Shown here one piece after another: positions 44,520 through 53,491 of a stretch of 64,000 nucleotides of DNA. Every line of letters begins with the position of its first letter. The stretch's first letter is position 1. The stretch spans positions 28,742-92,741 of the forward strand of contig PKRG02000004.1 of the NCBI GenBank assembly GCA_017577575.2, in the 5' to 3' direction. The notes beneath the pieces were generated by a model. It made no database searches. It saw only the letters and a program-made list of their open reading frames with translations, and was not told where the DNA came from. The position numbers were made by a program, and so were the translations under genes. This DNA is from Acidimicrobiia bacterium. GTDB lineage: Bacteria > Actinomycetota > Acidimicrobiia > Spongiisociales > ZC4RG35.

Positions 44520-45350
44520 TCATCTCTGACAGGTGGGGCAGAAGTGGCTGGAACGTTGGGCGACCACCACCCGCTCGATCGGCGTTCCGCACACGAGGCA
44601 CGGCTCGCCTGCCCTCCCGTAGACCATCAGCCGGTCCAGGTACTCCCCCGCCCGCCCGTCTGGCAGCAGGTAGGCGAGGTCGTCCAGGGACGTTCCTCCC
44701 ATCTCGACGCCGGCGAGCAGCACCTCGGGGATGGCGGCGACGAGATCGGCCAGCTCCTCGGGCGTCAGGTCCCCTCCCGGCCGGGTCGGCCGGACGCGGG
44801 CCCGGAACAGCACCTCGTCGGCGTAGATGTTGCCCAGACCGGCGAGGATGCGCTGATCCAGCAGCAGCGCCTTGATCGGCGCTCTCCGTCCGGCCAGACG
44901 GGCGCCGAGCGTCGCCGCGTCGGGCAACTCCTCGAGCGCATCGGGCCCCAACGCCGCCAGGGAATCGTGCTCCAGCTCCTCGGGGGTGAACACGGCCACG
45001 AAGCCGAACGTGCGGGGGTCGATCAAACGGACCTGGTCGCCACGGTCGGTGGTCACGACCAGCTGGGTGTGGGGGTCGAGCGGATCCGACGGGGAGGTGA
45101 TGCGCATCCGCCCGGACATGCCGAGATGGATCACCCAGGTGAGGTCGCCTTCCACCTCGATCAGCAGGAACTTGCCCCGGCGGCCGACCCGTCCCACCCG
45201 CCGACCGAGCAGCCGCTCCGGGATGTCCTGGGGGCGCATGTTGCGGCGAGCCATCCGGTCACGGCCCAGCTCGACCGCGCTGATCCTCGCCCCTTCTAGC
45301 ACGGGGGCGATGTGGCGGCGGGTCGTCTCGACTTCGGGTAGCTCGGGCAT
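44520..45350 (-). CDS. mutM: Formamidopyrimidine-DNA glycosylase
   Basis: MPELPEVETTRR... N-terminus, H2TH, C-terminal zinc finger CLVCGTPIERVVVAQRSSHFCPTCQ. Confidence 0.9.
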   Translation of the reverse strand: MPELPEVETTRRHIAPVLEGARISAVELGRDRMARRNMRPQDIPERLLGRRVGRVGRRGKFLLIEVEGDLTWVIHLGMSGRMRITSPSDPLDPHTQLVVTTDRGDQVRLIDPRTFGFVAVFTPEELEHDSLAALGPDALEELPDAATLGARLAGRRAPIKALLLDQRILAGLGNIYADEVLFRARVRPTRPGGDLTPEELADLVAAIPEVLLAGVEMGGTSLDDLAYLLPDGRAGEYLDRLMVYGRAGEPCLVCGTPIERVVVAQRSSHFCPTCQR

Positions 45351-46281
45351 GGATCGGCTACCGTACCCGCCGATGTACAGCTCCCGGCCCGACCTGCGCC
45401 CTCTCAGCGTCGGCGAGATGGTCGACGGGGCGATCCGCCTCTACCGCACCCACTTCACGACCCTGATCAAGATCGCCGCCGTCGTGCTCGGACCCATCGC
45501 CTTGATAGACGTGATCGCGACCGCGGCGATCGGGCCCGTCGACATGTCCACCATGCTCCTCGTCGACCCCGAGGCGAACCCCATGGAGGTCTTCGAGCCT
45601 CTGATCCCCCTCTACGTCGTCCTGACGATCACGTCGGTGCTCTCGTTCCTGGGATCCACGCTGGTCCAGGGTGCCTCGATCTCGGTCCTCGCCCACAGCT
45701 ACCGCGGGGAGACGATCGACTGGCAGACGTCGCTGAAGACGGGGGCGCGCCGGCTGGTCCCTCTGGTGGTGGCGACGGTCCTCATCTCGCTCGGCTCCGG
45801 GATCGGCCTGGTCTTCTGCCTCGTCCCCGGCATCTACCTGTTCACCATGTGGTCGGTGACCCCCGCCGCCCTCGTCACCGAGAGGCTGGGCGCCATCCGG
45901 GCCATGGGCCGGTCCTTCGACCTGGTCCGGGGCAGGTTCTGGCCGGTGCTGGGGGCGCTGGTGCTGTCGTACCTGTTGTACATCGTCGTCAGCCAAATCA
46001 TCGGAGGGGTGGCGTCGGCCATCACGGTGGTCTCGGCCCTCGCCAGCGACCAGTTCTCGTTCCTCCCCTCGGTGATCGGATCCGCCATCGTCCAGGTCGT
46101 GGCGGCGCCGTTCGTGGCGTCGATGGTGACGATCATCTACTTCGACTTGCGGGTGCGGAAAGAGGGCTACGACCTGGAGTTGATGGCCCGGGACCTGGAA
46201 CGCATGGAAGGGAACGACCGGCGGGATCTCCCTCCTGCGGGTGACGACCCGTTCGGTCTGGGGTCGCCGGGATCCCGATGA
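45349..46281 (+). CDS. Polytopic membrane protein (GP-PDE-membrane-domain/DUF975-like), first gene of the MoxR cluster
   Basis: 3' part of track ORF 44872..46281. The start is ATG 45349 (shares CATG with the mutM start) or ATG 45373. ~6 TM helices; C-terminal ...IIYFDLRVRKEGYDLE. Confidence 0.7.
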   Translation: MDRLPYPPMYSSRPDLRPLSVGEMVDGAIRLYRTHFTTLIKIAAVVLGPIALIDVIATAAIGPVDMSTMLLVDPEANPMEVFEPLIPLYVVLTITSVLSFLGSTLVQGASISVLAHSYRGETIDWQTSLKTGARRLVPLVVATVLISLGSGIGLVFCLVPGIYLFTMWSVTPAALVTERLGAIRAMGRSFDLVRGRFWPVLGALVLSYLLYIVVSQIIGGVASAITVVSALASDQFSFLPSVIGSAIVQVVAAPFVASMVTIIYFDLRVRKEGYDLELMARDLERMEGNDRRDLPPAGDDPFGLGSPGSR

Positions 46282-46880
46282 GGTCGGAGCCTCCGTCGCC
46301 GGAGGAGATCCTCGCCCAGATCGCCGCCGAGTTGGCGGAGCCGCAGTATCGGATGGGGACGCCGTGGTGGGAGCGGGTCATCGAGTGGCTCACCCGGGCA
46401 TGGATCGTCTTCGTGGAGTGGCTCACCGAGATCTCCGATCTCGTCGGCGGCCCTCTGGTGTTGGCGTCGATCGTCGCCGTGGTGCTCGGCGGGGCGATAG
46501 CGGCGATCACGGTGAATCTCGGCCGCCGCCGGGCCCGTCGAATCGACGAGCGGCTCAGGCGGGAGCACGAAGCGGTGCGTGGCCTGGATCCGGTCGATCT
46601 GGACCGCAGGGCTGCGGAGGCCGAGTCCCGGGGCGACTACGCCACGGCGCTGCGGCTCGCGTTCCAGGCGGGCCTGATCCGCCTCGACCGCGCCGGGCTG
46701 ATCGATCTCCGCCCGGGGACCACCTCCGGCACCGTCGCCGAGGCCCTCGGCTCGGCCGAGTTCGCCGCGCTGGTGGAGCGGTTCGACGCAGTGGTGTACG
46801 GAGGCAGGCCGGCCCACCCCTCCGATCCCGCGTCGGCGAGGGAGGTGCTGGCGTCCCTCCTGGAGGCCCAGCGCACATGA
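46278..46880 (+). CDS. DUF4129-like membrane-anchored protein
   Basis: 200 aa. TM helix VGGPLVLASIVAVVLGGAIAAI; C-terminal ...RGDYATALRLAFQAGLIRLDRAGLI...GTTSGTVAEAL...FDAVVYGGRP resembles DUF4129. 4-nt overlap upstream. Confidence 0.65.
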   Translation: MRSEPPSPEEILAQIAAELAEPQYRMGTPWWERVIEWLTRAWIVFVEWLTEISDLVGGPLVLASIVAVVLGGAIAAITVNLGRRRARRIDERLRREHEAVRGLDPVDLDRRAAEAESRGDYATALRLAFQAGLIRLDRAGLIDLRPGTTSGTVAEALGSAEFAALVERFDAVVYGGRPAHPSDPASAREVLASLLEAQRT

Positions 46881-47986
46881 TCCCGCCGTCGACGACGATC
46901 ACCGAAGAAGGCCGCCGCACCCGGCGGGCGCTCTTGTGGCTGGCGGGCCTGGTGGTGGCCGTGAACCTCCTCGCCTGGGGCATCACGCGGCTGACCAGCG
47001 GCCGCGGAGTGGACGGCCCCGACGGCTCCTCGTACGTGACGACGCCGGACGGCGCCGCCGCGGTGGAAGGGCTCCTCGACCGCCTGGGTGTGGCCACGGT
47101 CCGTATCCGCCGCCCCCTCGACGAGATCGAACTGGACCCTGCCGGGACCCTCCTCGCCCTGGACGTCTCCTCCTCCCCGTACACGTCCTCGGAGCTGGAG
47201 GCGATCGACGAGTTCATGGCGGCGGGCGGTCGCCTGGTCGTGGCGGGGCAGGCCGAGTTCGTGGAGCGGCTCTTCCCCGACGCCCCCCGCTGGCGCACGG
47301 CCGGGGCCGACTCGGCCCTCACCGTCGGAGACGTCGCCGGCGCCGGCGAGGAGGTCCGGCTGGGCAGGTTCGGGTCCTTCGAGGTGACCGCGGCCGACGA
47401 GCCCTTCCTCACCGACGGCGACACCGTGATCGGTGTCAGCCGCCGGGTCGGCCGGGGAACGTTCGTTTGGATCGCAGATTCCTTCCCCTTCCACAACGGG
47501 GGGATCGGGCGGGGACGCAACGCGGTGGCGGTCGTGGGCATGATCGATCCGGCCGGGCCCGTGTACTTCGACGAGTACCGCCACGGCTACCGCGACGACG
47601 CCTCGCTGTGGGACGTCATACCCTCCGGTTGGCAGACGGCGCTCCTTCTGGGGGCGGTGGTGGTGGCCCTGGCGCTCGTCGCCTATGGGCGGCGCTTCGG
47701 GCCCCCGTACGATCTGGAACGGCGCCTGCCGCCGGGGCGCGAAACGTACCTCGAGTCGGTGGCAGGGATCCTGAGCCGGGCGGGAGCGGTTTCCGACTCC
47801 CTCGAGGTCCTGCGGGAAGAGGCGCTCCGCCGCCTGTCCGAGCGCGGCGACCCGCGGGCGGCCGCAGTGGCCGCCGGTTTGGAAGATGCAGAGATCGAGG
47901 CGCTCTTCGCCGACGACGTCAGCGAGGAGTCCCTCGTCTCGGTCGATCGTGCGCTAGCGAAACTGAGCCGGGAGAAGGCGAGATGA
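46877..47986 (+). CDS. DUF4350-like membrane protein
   Basis: Tail of track ORF 46241..47986. ATG 46877 overlaps the upstream TGA (ATGA). N-terminal TM helix, ...LLALDVSSSPYTSSELEAIDEFMAAGGRLVVAG..., and a second TM helix near aa 250. Confidence 0.65.
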   Translation: MIPPSTTITEEGRRTRRALLWLAGLVVAVNLLAWGITRLTSGRGVDGPDGSSYVTTPDGAAAVEGLLDRLGVATVRIRRPLDEIELDPAGTLLALDVSSSPYTSSELEAIDEFMAAGGRLVVAGQAEFVERLFPDAPRWRTAGADSALTVGDVAGAGEEVRLGRFGSFEVTAADEPFLTDGDTVIGVSRRVGRGTFVWIADSFPFHNGGIGRGRNAVAVVGMIDPAGPVYFDEYRHGYRDDASLWDVIPSGWQTALLLGAVVVALALVAYGRRFGPPYDLERRLPPGRETYLESVAGILSRAGAVSDSLEVLREEALRRLSERGDPRAAAVAAGLEDAEIEALFADDVSEESLVSVDRALAKLSREKAR

Positions 47987-48912
47987 GAGAGTTGCGAGAC
48001 CGGGTACACGCCGCCACGGAAGCCGTCGTCCGCGGCCAGACCGCCACCGTCGACGCCTTGCTCATCGCCGCGCTCGTCGGCGGCCATGTGCTCCTCGAAG
48101 GGGTCCCGGGGACCGCCAAGACGCTGCTGGCCCGGGCCGTCGCCAAGGCCCTGGGCGTGTCGTTCTCCCGTGCCCAGTTCACCCCCGACATGCTGCCCTC
48201 GGACCTGATCGGGACCATGACCCTGCGAGGAGGCGAGCTTGCCTTCCGGCCCGGGCCGGTTTTCACCAACCTGCTCCTCGCCGACGAGATCAACCGGACT
48301 CCCCCGAAGACGCAGGCGGCCCTCCTCGAGGCGATGGAGGAGCACCAGGTCACCGTGGACGGCGTCTCCCGGCCGCTGCCGGAGCCGTTCCTCGTCGTGG
48401 CGACGCAGAACCCGATCGAATACGAGGGCACCTATCCGCTGCCGGAGGCACAGCTCGACCGCTTCATCATGAAGGTCGAAGTCGGGTACCCCTCCGAGGA
48501 CCACGAGAAGGAGATCGTGATGCTCCCCCGCTCCGGGTTGGCGCCTTCGGGGGTGGAGGACATCGAGGCGGTGGTCGATGGCCCCCAGCTCATGTCTCTC
48601 CGTGCCGTCGTCGACGAAACCCACGTCGAAGACAGGGTGGCCGGCTACGCCGTCGCCTTGGTGCGCCGCACCCGTGAGCTCCCTTCCGTCGAGCTGGGGG
48701 CGTCGCCCCGGGCCGCGGTTCACCTCCTGGGCGCGGCCAAGGCGCTGGCGAGGCTGTCGGGCCGCGACTTCGTCACTCCCGACGACATCACCCGCCTCGC
48801 CCCGGCGGTGCTGACCCACCGGATCCTCGTCCGCCCCGAAGCCGAACTCGAGGGCTACCGCCCCCACGACGCGGTGGCGGCGGCGTTGGAAGACGTGGAA
48901 GTCCCCCGGTGA
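47983..48912 (+). CDS. moxR: MoxR-family AAA+ ATPase
   Basis: Tail of track ORF 46936..48912. ATG 47983 overlaps the upstream TGA. HVLLEGVPGTAKTLLARAVA, LLADEINRTPPKTQAALLEAMEE, ATQNPIEYEGTYPLPEAQLDRF. Confidence 0.9.
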   Translation: MRELRDRVHAATEAVVRGQTATVDALLIAALVGGHVLLEGVPGTAKTLLARAVAKALGVSFSRAQFTPDMLPSDLIGTMTLRGGELAFRPGPVFTNLLLADEINRTPPKTQAALLEAMEEHQVTVDGVSRPLPEPFLVVATQNPIEYEGTYPLPEAQLDRFIMKVEVGYPSEDHEKEIVMLPRSGLAPSGVEDIEAVVDGPQLMSLRAVVDETHVEDRVAGYAVALVRRTRELPSVELGASPRAAVHLLGAAKALARLSGRDFVTPDDITRLAPAVLTHRILVRPEAELEGYRPHDAVAAALEDVEVPR

Positions 48913-50159
48913 GCATCACCTCCCGCGGGATCGTCCTGCTCGCCTCCTGCGCAGCGCTCGGGCTCATCGTGCCCCGCGGCCTGGCGTTCGCCGCGTTCGG
49001 CGGCGCCCTCGTGGCCATCGTCACGGACGCATTCGTGGTCCGCCACGTCCCCGCGGTGCGAGTCGCCGTGCCGGCGATCCTGTCGCGAGGGGTTCCCTCC
49101 GCCGTAGTGGTCGAAGCCGACCCGGCGACCGGGACTCGGGTGAAGGTCGCCCAGAGCGCCGACTTCCGCATCGAGCCCGACGAGGGCAGCGGCCGCCTCG
49201 AGGCGACGATCACCGCAATGCGCCGCGGAAAGCACACCATCCCCCGCCCCACCACTCTGCGCGTCGGCCCGCTCGGGCTCGGTTGCTGGTACCACCGTGC
49301 CGGGGAGGAGACGGAGGTGGTCGTCTACCCCGACATGCCGCAGGCCCGCAGGATCGCCGCCGAGGTGCGGCACGGCCGGTTCGGGGAGGCGGTCCGGCGC
49401 TCGCGGGGGCCGCTCGGGTTGGGGACCGACCTGGAGTCGATCCGCGACTACCTCCCCGACGACGACATCCGCCAGGTGAACTGGCGGGCGACGGCCCGCG
49501 TCGGCTCTCCGATGTCCAACACCTACCGGATCGACCAGGAGCGGGAGGTGATCGTCCTGCTCGACACCGGACGGCTCATGGCCTCCCCGGTCGGTGACGG
49601 CTCCGAGCGGACCCGCCTCGACGTGGCGGTCGACACCGTCGCCGCCATGGCGGCCGTGGCCGACGAGGTGGGCGACCGTGTCGGAGTGTTGGCCTTCGCG
49701 GGAACGATCCGGCGCCGCCTCAACCCGCGGCGAAACGGAGGGGAGGCGGTGCTGGCCGCGGTCTTCGACCTGGAACCGGTCGACGAGGAGAGCGACTACT
49801 CGCTCGCGTTCCGGGCCATCGCCCACAACAAGCGCGCCTTCGTCCTGTTGCTCACCGACTTCCTCGAGGAGACCGCGTCGGCCCCGCTCGCTGAAGCGAT
49901 GCCCATCCTCGCCCGCCACCATGCGCTGGCGGTGGCGAGCGTGAGCGATCCCGCCGTGGAGGAGGCGCTGACGACGCCGGCACCGAACGCCGCCGAGGCG
50001 ATCCGCACCGCGGTCGCCGTGGACATCGAGTCGTCCCGCCGCAGGGCGGCGAGCCGGATAGAACGCTACGGGGCGACGGTCATCGACGTGCCGGCGCCGC
50101 AGCTGGCGCGCCGATGCGTGGCCGCCTATCTGCGGGCGAAGAGCCGCGCCCGCCTGTGA
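48909..50159 (+). CDS. DUF58 (vWA-like) protein, MoxR partner
   Basis: 416 aa. LESIRDYLPDDDIRQVNWRATAR is the DUF58 hallmark, followed by a vWA-like region. 4-nt overlap with moxR. Confidence 0.8.
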   Translation: MSITSRGIVLLASCAALGLIVPRGLAFAAFGGALVAIVTDAFVVRHVPAVRVAVPAILSRGVPSAVVVEADPATGTRVKVAQSADFRIEPDEGSGRLEATITAMRRGKHTIPRPTTLRVGPLGLGCWYHRAGEETEVVVYPDMPQARRIAAEVRHGRFGEAVRRSRGPLGLGTDLESIRDYLPDDDIRQVNWRATARVGSPMSNTYRIDQEREVIVLLDTGRLMASPVGDGSERTRLDVAVDTVAAMAAVADEVGDRVGVLAFAGTIRRRLNPRRNGGEAVLAAVFDLEPVDEESDYSLAFRAIAHNKRAFVLLLTDFLEETASAPLAEAMPILARHHALAVASVSDPAVEEALTTPAPNAAEAIRTAVAVDIESSRRRAASRIERYGATVIDVPAPQLARRCVAAYLRAKSRARL

Positions 50160-51111
50160 CCACCCTCCGGCCGCGCCACCACGCCAGGCCCCAGAACGCA
50201 CCCCCGAGGACGACCCCGACGATCGTGGTGGGGACGAGGGACAGGCCCACTCGGCTCACGTAGCCCTCCACCAGGCCGGCCACGACCAGCCACGGCGCCG
50301 TTCCCAGCGCCAGGGCGAGCGAGTTCCGAGCCTCCCGGGCCATCGCCTCGGTGCGCCGGAGGTGGCCGGGGCGGAGCATCGCCTTCCCCAGGCTGAGGCC
50401 GGCGGCCCCGGCGACGACGATGCATGACAGCTCGAGGATCCCGTGGGCGAGCGTGGCCTCCCCCAGCAGGCGGAGGTTGCCCGCTCCGGCGGCGAGGCCG
50501 GTCAGGCCCCCGAACAGCAGCCCGTTGTAGGCCACCAGGAGGCCGGTGACGACCCCCCAGGTGATCCCGGCGACGAACGCCGTCAAGGCGACCCGGATGT
50601 TGTTGGTGAGCACGTACGTGGAGAAGCCCGCCAGCCCGACCGGGCTCAGGCCCTGGTCGGTGGTCTGAGCCTGGGTGACCCAGAGGAACTCGGGCGGGAC
50701 GATGCCCGAGACGAGCTCGGGGGCGGTGAGCGCCCACGCCGCCATCAGGAGCGCCGGCACCACGAGCAGGGCCGCGGACAGCGCCAGAGCGCCACGGCGC
50801 TCCCATAGGAGCTGCCAGTAGCGGTCGGCGAAGAAGTCGGCGAGGTTGCCGCGGCGGCTGGACCGCTCGTAGATGAGGCCGTGACCCCGTCTCACCAGCC
50901 GTTCGAGGCGGTCGACGACCGAAGCGTCGGGGAACCGGCGGCGGGCCGCCACCAGGTCGGCGGCGGTGGCCCGGTACAGGGAGGCGAGGCGGCGGATGCG
51001 CCGACCGCCGAGCCTCTCGGGCCGCTTTCCGGCTTCGTCCAGGAGCGCCTCGAGCTCCTCCCAGCGGGCCTGGCGGTCCTCCTCGAACCGACGTAGCGTG
51101 TCCACATGCAC
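50080..51111 (-). CDS. SpoIIM-like (DUF95) polytopic membrane protein
   Basis: 343 aa. N-terminal cytosolic helix bundle (RWEELEALLDEAGKRPERL...LYRATAADLVAARR), then ~6 TM helices with ...TNNIRVALTAF..GI...HGILELSCIVVAGAAG. GTG start at 51111. The 3' end overlaps the DUF58 gene by 80 nt. Confidence 0.75.
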   Translation of the reverse strand: MHVDTLRRFEEDRQARWEELEALLDEAGKRPERLGGRRIRRLASLYRATAADLVAARRRFPDASVVDRLERLVRRGHGLIYERSSRRGNLADFFADRYWQLLWERRGALALSAALLVVPALLMAAWALTAPELVSGIVPPEFLWVTQAQTTDQGLSPVGLAGFSTYVLTNNIRVALTAFVAGITWGVVTGLLVAYNGLLFGGLTGLAAGAGNLRLLGEATLAHGILELSCIVVAGAAGLSLGKAMLRPGHLRRTEAMAREARNSLALALGTAPWLVVAGLVEGYVSRVGLSLVPTTIVGVVLGGAFWGLAWWRGRRVVTGGRGSSPADRRPRIGAPAAAPARR

Positions 51112-51828
51112 CTCGACGACCGTCTGCAGATCGAGACCCCCGAGGGGGTCACGATCGAGTTGACGCTAGCGGGGCTCGGGTCCCGTTTCGGAGCCTGTGC
51201 GCTCGACCTGCTGATCCAGGGCGTGCTGATGGTGGTGATCATCACCGTGCTCGGGCTGGCGGGCACGGTCGTGGACCCGGACCTCCTGGTCTTCTTCCAG
51301 GGAGTGGGGACCTTCGTGCTGGCCGTCGTCGTCGTGGGCTACTACGTGCTCTTCGAGGGTTTCAACGGGGGTCGCACCCCCGGCAAGGCGGCGTTCGGGA
51401 TCCAGGTCGTGTCGGCGGACGGCACCCCGTTGACCCTCGGGGCGGTGATGCTGCGCACGCTGATGCGCCTGATCGACTTCCTGCCGGTGCTGTACGCCGT
51501 TGGAGCGATCTCGATCGTCGTGTCGTCCAAGAACCAGCGGCTGGGCGACCTGGTCGCCGGCACCGTGGTGATCCGGTCCCGCTCCAGGGCATCGCAGCCG
51601 GCCTCCGTTGCCCGGGGCGAACGCAGGGGATGGGACACCGCCACGATCACCCGCGAGGAGGTGGCGTTGGTGAGGCGGTTCGTGGAGAGGCGGAACGAGC
51701 TCACGCCGGAGGCCCGCCGCCGTCTGGCTTCCGAGCTCGCCGCCAAACTGCGGCCGCGTGTGGACGGCGGCTCCGAGTTGGACGACGAGCGGTTCCTCAT
51801 CCAGCTGCTCGCCGAAAAGGACGCCTGA
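51106..51828 (+). CDS. RDD-family membrane protein
   Basis: 240 aa. GLGSRFGACALDLLIQGV..., ...GRTPGKAAFGIQVV..., 3 TM helices. The start is ATG 51106 (overlaps the divergent GTG) or TTG 51160. Confidence 0.75.
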   Translation: MHLDDRLQIETPEGVTIELTLAGLGSRFGACALDLLIQGVLMVVIITVLGLAGTVVDPDLLVFFQGVGTFVLAVVVVGYYVLFEGFNGGRTPGKAAFGIQVVSADGTPLTLGAVMLRTLMRLIDFLPVLYAVGAISIVVSSKNQRLGDLVAGTVVIRSRSRASQPASVARGERRGWDTATITREEVALVRRFVERRNELTPEARRRLASELAAKLRPRVDGGSELDDERFLIQLLAEKDA

Positions 51829-51842
51829 GGGCCGGGCCTCTG

Positions 51843-52517
51843 TCAGCCCCTGGTCTCGAGGGCGTGGCGGGCGGCCTCCTGTTCCGCCTCCTTCTTCGAG
51901 CGGCCCTCTCCCCTGCCCCATTCCTCGCCGTCGACGAGCACGACCGCCGTGAACACCCGGGCGTGGTCGGGCCCCCGCCCTTCGACCACGTATTCGGGGC
52001 GGCGCTGGTCGGCGGCCAGCAGCTCCTGGAGCCGGGTCTTGTAGTCGCGGGCGCCCGGGGAGGCCGCCTTGGCTCGCACCCGGTCCTCCCACAGGCGCAG
52101 GACGATCTGGCGGGCCTTCGGGTACCCGGCGTCGAGGTGGATGGCGGCGATGAGCGCCTCCATGGCGTCGGCGAGGATCGAGGCCTTCTCCCGGCCGCCG
52201 GAGGCCTCCTCTCCCTTGCCCATCCGCAGATAGGCCCCAAGGTCGAGGGAGCGGGCCACCGCGGCGAGCTCCTCGCCGCTGACCGACGCCGCCCGGATCT
52301 TGGCGAGCTCGCCTTCCGGATAGCCGGGGTAGGTGGCGAACAGGAACTCGGTGACGGCCAGGCCCAGGACGGCGTCGCCCAGGAACTCGAAGCGCTCGTT
52401 GTGGCCCACGCCGGGGTGTTCGGCGGCATAAGAGCTGTGGGTCAGCGCCTCGGCCAGCAGCTCCCGGTCGGAGAACGTGTGGCCGAGCGCCTCTTCGAGA
52501 GGCTCGGTGTCTCTCAT
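51843..52517 (-). CDS. rnc: Ribonuclease III
   Basis: Track ORF 51843..53114 trimmed to ATG 52517: ...NERFEFLGDAVLGL... and a C-terminal dsRBD (GPDHARVFTAVVLVDGEEWGRGEGRSKKEAEQEAA). Confidence 0.95.
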   Translation of the reverse strand: MRDTEPLEEALGHTFSDRELLAEALTHSSYAAEHPGVGHNERFEFLGDAVLGLAVTEFLFATYPGYPEGELAKIRAASVSGEELAAVARSLDLGAYLRMGKGEEASGGREKASILADAMEALIAAIHLDAGYPKARQIVLRLWEDRVRAKAASPGARDYKTRLQELLAADQRRPEYVVEGRGPDHARVFTAVVLVDGEEWGRGEGRSKKEAEQEAARHALETRG

Positions 52518-53488
52518 GCCTCGCTGATCCGCTGAGCCAGGCGGCCGACCAGGTCCGCCTGGGCGCCTTCGCTGGCCATCTTGAGGGCGTTGGCGACCGA
52601 ACGCGCCGTCGAGGATCCGTGCCCGATCACCACGACCCCGTCGACACCCAACAGGTGGGCCCCTCCGTAGGTCTCCGGGTCGAGGCGGGCCCGGAGCTCG
52701 GTCAGGGCGGGCTGCATCTTGGCCTGGTCCTCGGCCGGGAGATGCGATATCGCCTCGACGGCCAGCATCATCACCATCCGGGCGGTGCCTTCGACCGACT
52801 TGAGGAACACGTTGCCGGTGAACCCGTCGGTCACGATCACGTCGGCTTTGTCCAAGCCCACGTCCCGGCCCTCGACGTTGCCGACGAAGTTGAGGCCGGA
52901 CTCGGCGAGCAGCCGGTAGGTGGCCCGCTCCAGATCCCGGCCCTTGCCTTCCTCTTCGCCGATCGACAGCAGGCCGACTCGCGGGTCGGGCATGTCCAGG
53001 AAAACCTCGGCTGCCACGGCCCCCATCAGGGCGAACTGGAGGAGGTGGATGGGCTTGACGTCGGGGTTGGCGCCCGAGTCCAGGACGACGGTGGGCCGGG
53101 GCGGGGTAGGCCATATCGAGGCGATCGAGGGCCGCTTGACGCCGGGGATGCGCCCGATGTGGATGGCACCGGCGGCCATCGCCGCCCCGGTGGAACCGGC
53201 GGAGAGGAACCCAGCGGCTTCGCCGGATTTCACCAGTTTCGCCGCCACCGACACCGAGGCGTTGGGCTTCTCCCGGATCGCCCGCGCCGGGTCCTCGTGC
53301 ATGCCGATGACCTCGGGAGCGTGGACGATGGGCAAGGACGCCCCCAGCTCTTCCAGTTGGGGCTTGATCGCCTCCTCGTCGCCCACGAGCACGACTTCGA
53401 CGCCCGCCCGGGCGGCCTCCACGGCCCCGGCGACGGGCTCGGCGGGGGCGTGGTCACCCCCCATCGCGTCGAGGGCGATGAGCGTCAA
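52514..53488 (-). CDS. plsX: Phosphate acyltransferase PlsX
   Basis: MTLIALDAMGGDHAP... Confidence 0.95.
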   Translation of the reverse strand: MTLIALDAMGGDHAPAEPVAGAVEAARAGVEVVLVGDEEAIKPQLEELGASLPIVHAPEVIGMHEDPARAIREKPNASVSVAAKLVKSGEAAGFLSAGSTGAAMAAGAIHIGRIPGVKRPSIASIWPTPPRPTVVLDSGANPDVKPIHLLQFALMGAVAAEVFLDMPDPRVGLLSIGEEEGKGRDLERATYRLLAESGLNFVGNVEGRDVGLDKADVIVTDGFTGNVFLKSVEGTARMVMMLAVEAISHLPAEDQAKMQPALTELRARLDPETYGGAHLLGVDGVVVIGHGSSTARSVANALKMASEGAQADLVGRLAQRISEA

Positions 53489-53491
53489 GTG

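Noticed and set aside
45336-45363. Inverted repeat GGTAGC-N14-GCTACC spanning the mutM and membrane-protein start codons
   Set aside because: With only 6-bp arms in GC-rich DNA, it is likely to occur by chance. It is mentioned only in the context of the overlapping starts.
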